The notes below the pieces were generated by a model. It ran no database searches, was not told the origin of the DNA, and saw only the letters and a list, made by a program, of their open reading frames with translations. DNA of 39,098 nt from Catajapyx aquilonaris (lineage: Eukaryota): the NCBI GenBank assembly GCA_000934665.2, contig KZ538203.1:62001-101098 (forward strand), in the 5' to 3' direction. Position 1 is the stretch's first letter. Each line of letters opens with the position of its first letter. Shown here one piece after another: positions 1 through 10,200 of the stretch. Both the position numbers and the translations under genes were made by a program.

Positions 1-1298
1 CCAATGGGCCTAAATCAATCAAATGGGCCTAAATGTTGCTAGACCATCTCGGATTTTTCCGAAAATAATCACAGCCTATCACACCTATGCCGTAACACTC
101 CATATCAAGTTTCAGCCAAATTGCGAAATACCGTGGGGAGGGAAAAAATCGCGAAATCTTGAAAATTTGGCCTTTTTTGGATATTTTTTTTCGGTTATTG
201 GAAGGGGTCAAAACACAATCAACATACACATCAAATGAAAGAGAAACGCGAGTATAATGAGCCTGTGGAATGTTTTTCTCGAAAAGGCACTCAGGAAAAT
301 ATGTATGGCATTCCATTGGTCCCTGGACAAAAAAAGTCAAATATTTTTGCATAGTGTTATTAAATTAAATACTCGTACATCTTTCATTCTTCCATTTCCA
401 TTGGAGTGTCGCAAATGGTTAAAACATTCCCATTTTGGGAGATACCCTATTTTCCTAAGTTGTTTTCAGCTGCTTTTAAAAATAATGACCAGGGTCAGGG
501 AGCACTGAACTTAATGTCAGTAAAACAAATCTGCCTGGATTGCACTGGAATTAATAAATAATTAATGCTCAATGCAATCTACACAATTATTGTTGGTTAG
601 GTTTTGTTCAACAATTAAGAGCAACTGCAATCTGGCCAGATTGATGTTGCTGAGTTCGGTGCTCCCCACCCTAAGTACTGGAAACAGCTTGTCACAGACA
701 TCTGGGAATGGAATTAACAAGTGATGGATTATGTGTGGTGATATTACAACCCACTTTTGGCATGGGTTGGTATTTAATATGAGTAGGTCTTTCAGAATTG
801 ATGATAATAGCTTCGTCTTTTCAACTTCATCCCAGTTACAATATCTTTTAGTATGGGAAATATCGAAGCAAAGTGTATGCACTACTATTCAAGGCAGCAT
901 TAGATTCTCCTTCGGATTCTCCTTGCTTACCCCCTACCTCTTTGGTGTCCTTTTGGAGCAGCATAAGGATACATTGGCAAATATTTTATCAGTACAGGTC
1001 AACATTGCAGTGATGTAGGAGGGAATAAGAAATGAGTGTTAAAAAGAAATTGTTTGTTGATGTGTAGTGATACTTGATTACATGTGGACTGTTTGGTCAC
1101 TTGCATCTAACGTTGAGTCAGGGTTTTTCATTGTTTGTGCAACGTGACTGCAAATTTTGCAAAACTCATCCAGTATGCTTGGAAACTAGTGAGTAGTGAC
1201 ATGTGAGATATGCACCAGGAAATTGTGCAGTGATGATATTTAATTAGGCTACTGATGAAAATGTGCAGATTATGATTTGTGACATTATTGCATTGCAG

Positions 1299-4200
1299 AA
1301 ATGAAGCAAGAGCTGGAAGATCTCATGGCCGATATTAAGAAAACTGCCAACAAAGTCCGTGCCAAGTTAAAGGGTAAGTGCAGAACTTGAATTTTAGGAA
1401 GGAACAGTCATAACATCAATAGGTCTCTATCTGACATGTGCTCTCAACAGTTATTGAGCAGAACATAGAGCAGGAAGAACACACCAACAAATCGTCAGCT
1501 GACTTGAGGATACGAAAGACCCAGCATTCGACATTGTCCCGGAAGTTTGTGGAGGTGATGACAGAGTACAATCGAACACAAACAGACTACAGAGAGAGGT
1601 GTAAGGGCAGAATTCAGCGGCAGTTGGAAATCAGTAAGTTTGGCCCATTATGCATGTAGATGGTCAGAGGATAGAAGATCAAATCTAACAAAAGTGGAAT
1701 GTTTTAGCTGGAAGAACAACCACGAATGAGGAGTTAGAAGAGATGTTAGAGCAAGGAAATCCAGCCGTTTTTACGCAAGGTGTAAGGAATCATTTTGGGA
1801 TTTTTATAAGAGAGCAGAAGTAGACCAGGAACTTGTAATGATGTAGCACTTACCTGCAGATCATAATGGACACGCAACAAGCAAGGCAAACACTAGCTGA
1901 CATTGAAGCAAGGCATGCTGACATCCTGAAGCTTGAAACGTCGATTAGGGAGCTACATGATATGTTCATGGATATGGCCATGTTGGTAGAAAGTCAGGTA
2001 AGTGACAAACATTATTATGAGAATTTTTACATAAACAAAATTCTGAGTAATACTTATTCAAAGATAAAATTTGTTTCAGTAATATTTAAGCTTAACGCAA
2101 AAAAAACTTGTCTTCATGAAAATCTATATAGATTAAGATATGGTTATTATTGATTTAAATGACAAAGTGCAAAGTACGTGTGTCCTGAGTTGTGTTGGTC
2201 TGAAATTTTTACGAAGGGTAATCCATGAAGATATATTTCATTGTTCGGAGAACAGCTTCATTAAAATACGCATGGCAATTCCAACCATTGGAAAATAAGT
2301 TGTTTTTTTTCCCCAAGAAATAATTTTGGGTGAGAAATAGATTTGACGAGAAACTTGTCTGGCAGCTCAGTATGTGGAAATCAATTTTTAACTCATCCTG
2401 TCCTGTCCGTATGAGAATTTTTCTGCTGGAGGCTCTTCGGTGTAATCTATATGAAATGATTTTTGAACGCATTTTGAAACCCCTATCCCCTGCATTTTAA
2501 CATTGTGTAGCTTTATTGCCCCTTCCCATCTCACACCAACCCCCAAAATTAATGAATTGGAAAGGCATAATTTGATGTTTTGAAGTGTTCTGATGGGGCA
2601 TGCAGTGGGTTTGACAGTTTGTTGTTTGTCATGGGAACATGTGTGAGCTTGAGGGTGTACTTACAGGAATATTAATACATCAGTATTTCTGCCTTATCCA
2701 ACATATTCGTGTCTAAAACAGACGAACCTGATTGTCTCTTCTTAGCAAGAACTGCCCTCTGGTACTGTACATGCAGAGTATGTCAACAGTGCCCACCCCT
2801 GATGTCTCCCAAACATATTTCCTGTATTTTTTTCTCCCTCAACTTGGTGGAATGGCTTTCTTGCATGAAGAGTCAAAGGAATTGCCGATTTCAAAAGAGT
2901 TGCTTTTGAAGCTTGCAAAGAAACCAAACTCTGCCTCCCAACTGTTTGGGTCATGTTACTAACTGAGATGTGTGCACCAAGTAACATAATTATTATCTAA
3001 TGTGGTGGTGGGTGTTGTTTTGCTACCAAATAAAATATGTGACTTGCAGTATTGAAATTTCTGCTTAAGCTTGGGTTGTCAAGTTATATGACAATGCATT
3101 TAGCTGCTTCCATTTATTGACAGTATGGAGGAAGTGAAAATGTGCACACATCTCTCGTTCTTCCTTCTCGCAGCTTTCATGCCTGGATGGCTGAGGTCTC
3201 ATGGTCATGTTTTCATGTACCAAGTAATTGTATGTTGTTTCCTCTCTTAATTCCCTTCCTGGCTGCCAGGGAGAAATGATAGATCGTATCGAGTATCACG
3301 TAGAGCACGCCGTAGACTATGTACAGACTGCAACTCAAGACACCAAGAAGGCACTCAAATATCAAAGTAAAGCTAGGCGGGTAAGTCATGATGCTCCAAG
3401 AGCTTTGTTTGGCTAACATTTTTTTCCCCCCTCTTTTTTGTTTCTCCTTTTCCGGAATTTTCCACTTCCACCTTGACACCACACTCTCACCAATGTCTCC
3501 ACTATTTGCACAACCTAATTGTTCCAACTCCAAACCTTCCATGGTTTTTCTGTGCCGCATTAATGTTTCTCTAAATGTTGTTTCTTCAACATGTGTCGTA
3601 CAATCCCATACTTTTGCACGTTGGGGGTAATTTTTTACTCTCTTGTGTGGGTTAATGTTTCCTTCCACATGTGATCAATGTGAATGTGTGTGGAACTGGT
3701 TTGTGTACCTGTGTGTGTACTTGTTAACAATGTTCTCCGTGTGTACCTGCATATGTATGAATGGTGTGACTGCCTTCTGGGTTGTTATGTTGTCTGCTGT
3801 GCAATCTGTCCTTCTTATCTCTCTGACCCAAACCCACTTGTACCCCCTCCACAAATTCCAAAATCCTCCAATGAACCCAAAACAACACCACAATTGGCCC
3901 AAATGGTTGTTTCCTGTCAACCCTGTATCCATAAATCCCCAAAAATACACAGGGAGAAATGATTGACAGGATAGAATATAATGTGGAGCAGTCAGTGGAT
4001 TACGTGGCATCTGCTAAGCAGAATACGAGAAAGGCTGTTAGATATCAAAGCAAAGCAAGGAAGGTAAGTTGATCAGCGAGGTGGAGGATTGGGTATTAAC
4101 CAGCTCATCTGTTGCGGTTATGGGATTCTTTAACATCAGCAGTGGTTCAACTTTAGGTTAAATGCTGTCCTATGCTTGTAGATGGTTGGGGATGAGTCAT

Positions 4201-7200
4201 GACAGATAAAATAATATGCTTGTGGCATGTGAAAATTTTTTTCTCTCATTTAGAATGACTATTGAGGCTCTATTTACCAATAATACGTGAGTTAAACTAA
4301 ATGTGACACAAGATTACTTGGAAACCATGACATTGCATGTAATCGTTATTGGGTTGTACATTTTGTCAATTGATGTGATTACGGTAGGAGTGAAATTCGG
4401 CTACAATTTATCTTCGAGACTCAGTGAGGTTGGAATTGTGTTACTTTCCAAGTTTACTACTGTGATACTGGTAGCATACTGAAAATGATGAGTACATACA
4501 AATAATGGAAGTGAATATTTACACAGCATAGTATGACTAGCCAGTTAACATGCATTGCGTCTTTGATTTCTTCTGATATTTTTGTTACCATTGACATCTT
4601 TGCGCCACCTGCAAAATACTTTTAAAATTCCCTAGCAATTCCAGATTTTACCATATGATTTTAGGATTAAAATGAATAAATCAGCCTCTGAAGATGAATC
4701 ATCACTAGGGGACTAATGAGACAGCTGAACATGCCATGTGTCATTGTTTATATGCTGTTGTAATATAATTCTGCAAGGGGATTTGCACATTTCTGCAGAG
4801 TTGACAAAAAATGCAGCGGTGACGCAAATTATATGGAAAAGTGAAGAAAGCAATGCAAAGGATCTTTTATTGGATTGGTTTTGTCACTGTGCACCATAAA
4901 GGCCCATTCACACAGGCCGTCGACGGTTTTGGTTTTTGGTCACGTTGACACCGTGGACCAATCATGACCCATGTAAACAAGCTCTAAACAATGGGTTGTG
5001 CTTGTTTACATGATTCACGATTGGTCCGCAGTGTCAACGCGACCAAAAACCAAAACTGTCGACGGCCTGTGTGAATGGGCCTTAATATATTGTTAATGGA
5101 GATCCTTTAACTCTCTGCTGTGTGATACTTGCTGGTAACAATTCATCTTTCTTGACATGACTCTTAATAATCTACAAAAGAGTAACTTGTCTTTCCATCA
5201 AGTGCAGCTTCAATTGTTGAGTAGGATAAAATGACAGAATGTCCTTGTCTGGCTGTCCTGAGACATCCAGCCAGTAGACCATGTTGTTGCAGTTCAGATG
5301 TTTTGTAATTTTACAAGCACTGCAGAAGTCAGTTTTAAAGTAAAAATTGCGAAAATATACCAGATTTTAAAATCATATGCTCAATATATCGCTGATGAAC
5401 TTGTAAATTAAAACATAATTAAAAAGTAGGTTTAGTTTTGGTTTAGGATCGACAGACCAAGTTCAGAAATTAAATCAAAAGTAACACAATTTTTTTACAA
5501 ATTGATCCAAATGATTCAATTTTGTGAAATATTTCTCCAGGTATTCCTTCAGGTTACAGCCAAACTCGACTGGAATTACCTGAAAGGTCTGAAGGTGACT
5601 TATAGGAAACCTAACTAAATTTTACATGCCCTTTACATATTTTGTGAAAGAGCATTTGCTATATCATGAAATTGATGGTTTCATTACATTGTTTTTCCAG
5701 TTTTATTGATTCATCCCCAACAAACTACTTTTAATAATGTAATAACAAATCCTCATCACCAAATAACTGTGCTTTCCTAACCATCTATAAGTCCTGAAAC
5801 TTTTGTAGCTTTAAAGACTTCTTGAAGTATATATGTATATGAATTACTGTATACTTACATACCTTTAAGGGTTCTGTTACTGACTGTAGCTTGTAACATC
5901 GCTATCCGTACTGTTGTCAAAGCATGTCGGTGTCACCAAGTGTTCTTCACTTTCACTGTTCATTGTTTGATGGGGTTCACCAATCTGGAAAAAGAAATGG
6001 GAGTGATAATATTACTGGTGTATGTGACCTGCAATAATATTTTAACAACATGGATGTTGACTTTGAAAAAAAAATAATTAATGTTTCCTTTGTATTTGAT
6101 TTTTTTGGAGGTATTCTCGATGATTTTGTTGGTACTGCAATATTACCTGATTGAATTGATGAGATTATAAAGGCTTTGATCAGTCCTGTGCTGAAATTTC
6201 CTCTTGAACATTATCGATTCAGTTGAGCCTTACTTTGTAGACTTTTCTTATTGCACAAATAGTAGTTATTATTGTGTTTATGATTGGTTTTGCAAAATTA
6301 ATATGAACCTGATAAGCAACACATTGGATCAAAATCAATATTAGCAGGCATTTACATTAACTGCATGCTTTCATCTGCTGCTTATTATTCTGCTTTGCAT
6401 GCTCAGCTGTAGAAGCTGGGCCACTTCGCAGCTAATTAGCAATTTGCGGTCTTAACTCATGCAGTTTATATTTTCTACTTGCAGAAAAAGATACTACTCA
6501 TTCTGTGCTTAGTGATTGTTCTGGCCATAATAGCAGTAGTAGTGGCAGTAAAATGTGCAAATGGATGCTAGTTAAAGCCACTCCTGACCATTATTGCATG
6601 AGTGCATGATATGGACCTTAGTGTTCACGGACTATTTGGTTTGTTCTTCTCCTTCCTTTATTTTTCGGAGTAAGTGTAAGGTAATTGAAAATTAGTTTTT
6701 CAACATGTAATGCAAAAGCCAAGGTGTAGAGAGATTCTTAACATGACTAAATATGCATGGCAAATAACACAGTACAGTTTGGTAATTAGTTGGAAAGTAT
6801 ATTTTGTTTTCTTGGTTTTAATTATGTTTTGTTTAATATCTTTTCTTTCCACAGAAAAAGATAATCATCATAATCTGCGTGCTGATTCTTGCCATCGTTA
6901 TAGTTTTGGCATTAGCCTTTGGCCTAAGCTAGCCCAAGACACCTGTGACATTTCCACTGGACACTCTTGCCAGAAGCAGTGTATCCATTCTTATCACTTG
7001 TCCAGGCAAAGGATGCATTGTTAAGAAAGACAACAAACATGTTCCCCAATCATATCAGAAGCGATTTATTGTCAGAATAATTTGCAGAATGTGTAATATT
7101 TCCCCCTTTGAGTAATTGGAATTTTGGCTGAAATGTAATGGGAATATTTATTATCTTTTATTTTTTACCCCACACAGAGCGTGGATTCAAAAATCCTTAT

Positions 7201-10200
7201 ATGAACTGTGAAAGTGCTGTTTTGCGATGAAAGCGATGATCAGAGTTTTGCTGCGTGTTAATGTTGGTATGACCCAAGTGATTGTTGTGTTGTAGATATT
7301 GTGTATTGCAAAAAGTAAGTTAATTCCTTATTCCCTTGTAGTATTACAGTTCAAACCCCCCCATGTTGCACATGGTTATGGTTTATTTTCCATAACTAGT
7401 GATCACTCCTTTAAGCCTGTGTCATTAATTCAATTGTGTTGGACCATCCGGATTCATCCTATCTTCATTGTTCCTGCAGGATATCGAAATATTGTGGTTG
7501 CAGAGAGCAGATAATTAGAGTTGGGTGGTCAGCATTATTCCTGTTATTTTTTAGCACATCCATATATTGCTGGTCAAGTATAGTGTATAAGCCCAGTTCT
7601 AATTACTGCTTGAGATTACTAAAGTTAACCATCCCTTGGCACTGAGGTCATTGTCTAGTCAGTGGTTTTGCGACGCGTCAATATTGCTTCTTCCGTGGAG
7701 CAAGTAATTTTGTCAGGTCTGGTGTAATTTCTTTGTGTCAACACTTTTAGGACATCAATAATATTAACATTATTACATGTGCAATCTTGAAGGAATCATG
7801 GTGTGGTAGCATTTAAAGGCAACTGCCCTTAAATGTTACCACATCATGATTCCTTCAAGATTGCACATGTAATACTGGATTTTTCGGTTTAATCAAATTC
7901 ATCAAGTTTTTGTATTTGAATATTGAGCCCTTGTGTACGTACTGTGTCATATTTAGAGCTGTACATGTTTTATGATTGCTGGCTTCTGAGGAGAAAATTT
8001 ATTGTCAGATATTGGCGCTGACCAGGTACCAGCATCGATGTTGTTAGCTTAGTAATCAATTTTGTTACAAACCATATTTTTTTCCCCTTCATTATAGTGC
8101 CTTGCTTCAATTGTTTACTTCTGAAAATATTCATTATGTGGTGGCTGAGCTGTTTTATAATAAGCTTAATTGAATGTTAAGTGGCATTACTGGACATCAT
8201 AGTAGACTGATCTAAACTCAATTTAAAGGCATTACTCTTATGTTGTGTAATACACAGCTGTCTGAGAAAGAGATTGTGAGATTTGCGTAATCAAAAGTAC
8301 AAAAAGAATTGAAAAGAATGATGCACTCATCATGCAGAAAATTATGAAGTGCAGAGAGTTATCCAGCTACTTGAGTTGCATCCCTTTTACAGATGGGGAT
8401 TAATGTGTCATTTCTTACATTGGGTTTGCATCAGAGAGAAAATTAACCAGCAGAAGCTAATTTTCAGATTGTAATATCATAGGAAAAGTATAACATGTGG
8501 GTGATGGCATGATGGGAGTTGCAGATGCAGTTTCTTCCACATTGATCTGCATAATTGGCTCTAGCAGTGCATAAAAAAGCTCTCTAAAAGCTATTGTAGC
8601 ATGAAAGAGAGGAGCATGTCATGTGAATTATCATCTTGAGCAGTCTAAATAAAATTCAGATGTTATTACTGGAGGTCCTTCAATGTATGTCAGTTGAGAC
8701 CTTCCGGAGGTGCTTCCCATGACTTGATAGGTGCTAAACGTGGATAGAGATCAATGCTTGTGAACTTGAGAAACAACCGTTTAAGAACATGTCAGATGTT
8801 TATCTAATGTGAAATAAGATTGGTCCTGGGAATATTTTCTTGAACATACATATACAATGCCCTTTTAGAGCCTTACATTCTGGCATGATTGTGTGGCTTG
8901 GATTTAAAAGTCATGGCAGTGCATGCTTTGAGGCACAAGTTTATTTTGCTAATTCACTGACGCATATTCCACCTTTCATGTACGATAAGTAGCATTACTG
9001 TAGATTAAAAACAAGAATAATGAAAAGGGGAAATAGTTGCTTATGTGTAAGCAGCTAATAATTCAATATCACCTTGTCCAGGCTGTTAGTAAACCAGTTC
9101 CAGTATGTTTAAAAAGTATGATTCAAAGAATTTCTCAGACGTCCAGAAGAATATAACCAAAAATAGGCCATTAAAATATATTAAGTTATCATTTCGAATG
9201 AATGATACAAATTGTAATGTACTGCATGACACAAAAGTCAGCTAAGATCCAGATTGCCTGTAATTCAGTATTTTATCCTGACTCAATTGTACCCAGAGTA
9301 AGAGAGCATCCTCTTTGCTGATTACATTCCATGTGCATGGATCCACTATGCACGTCACTTGTAGCAATGTTGCCTACTCGAATTATGAATGGACACACAA
9401 GTCTGCTGATTAGGATCTGAGGTAACTTTTGGGAGATCTGGTACTTTGTTATGGAGCAAGGAACATAATGCCTTAATAATAACATTACCATTAATAATAT
9501 CATGACGCATTTCAACGAAACCACCACATGAGGGAAAAATTAAACGAGAGGTTTACCAAAGAAGTATGGAGTAACGTGACACTGGCACAGACTATGAGCA
9601 AGTGCTTTTGCAGCAGATATGATATCTATAATGGGGAAAGCCTGTTAAAATACATAATGTAAATTAGTCTATCTTGNNNNNNNNNNNNNNNNGGGGGGGG
9701 GACTTTCTCAATAGTCTTTACAAATATGGTTGAACTATTCTAAACTACTTTGATCTGCATAGGGTTTCAAGTGTAGTGGAAGATATGCACCATCACATAC
9801 TAATGCTGATTTTTGTGGGAAAATTCTTAACAATGTTACGACCGAATAGTACTTTTGGAATGCAGTCATATGTTATGCAGTGGTTGTGTTGAGCAGTTTT
9901 CTGTCACTCCTCCTTCACCTAGAATGTCATCTGAGTGCTTACTGCCACACCATATAGATATCATATTGCAACTATACATTTTCAACTCGTGATGATAACT
10001 CAGAAAATTTGTCAGGATTTTCTGAAGTGTCACTGGAACCTTGGAGCTGCCATGTGTACAGTATTAATTCCGTGTCCAATGCACATTCCTAGCCCAGTCT
10101 CAGATATGTCTTAGGATCTGCAAATCAGGTTACTGTACCATTCCTTGTGGCCCTGTACTTACTGACGTGTGTGGTAATATACTGTGGACTAAGCTGCAGA

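Noticed and set aside
1..500. Overlapping short ORFs (23-238, 29-352, 257-508) and repeat-like sequence (AAGTTTCAGCCAAATTG, CATCAAATGAAAG)
   Set aside because: No recognisable protein. Probably part of a non-autonomous repeat in the syntaxin intron, but no termini or TSD could be defined.
950..1018. Peptide KDTLANILSVQ, vaguely like the syntaxin HSAILSAP segment
   Set aside because: No suitable acceptor/donor pair and no further similarity.
2604..3849. Further complementary pairs AGTGGGTTTG (2604-2613)/CAAACCCACT (3829-3838) and GAGGGTGTAC/GTACCCCCTC
   Set aside because: Not nested with each other or with the other helices, and plausibly due to compositional bias.
3213..4010. Several 70-150 aa ORFs on both strands around exons A and B
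   Set aside because: They are antisense or intronic read-through of the syntaxin exons, with low-complexity composition.
9677..9701. Poly-G tracts next to N runs (also about 14549-14574, 34654-34671 and 36709-36720)
   Set aside because: Associated with assembly gaps. Length and reality are uncertain, so they are not called as G-quadruplex features.
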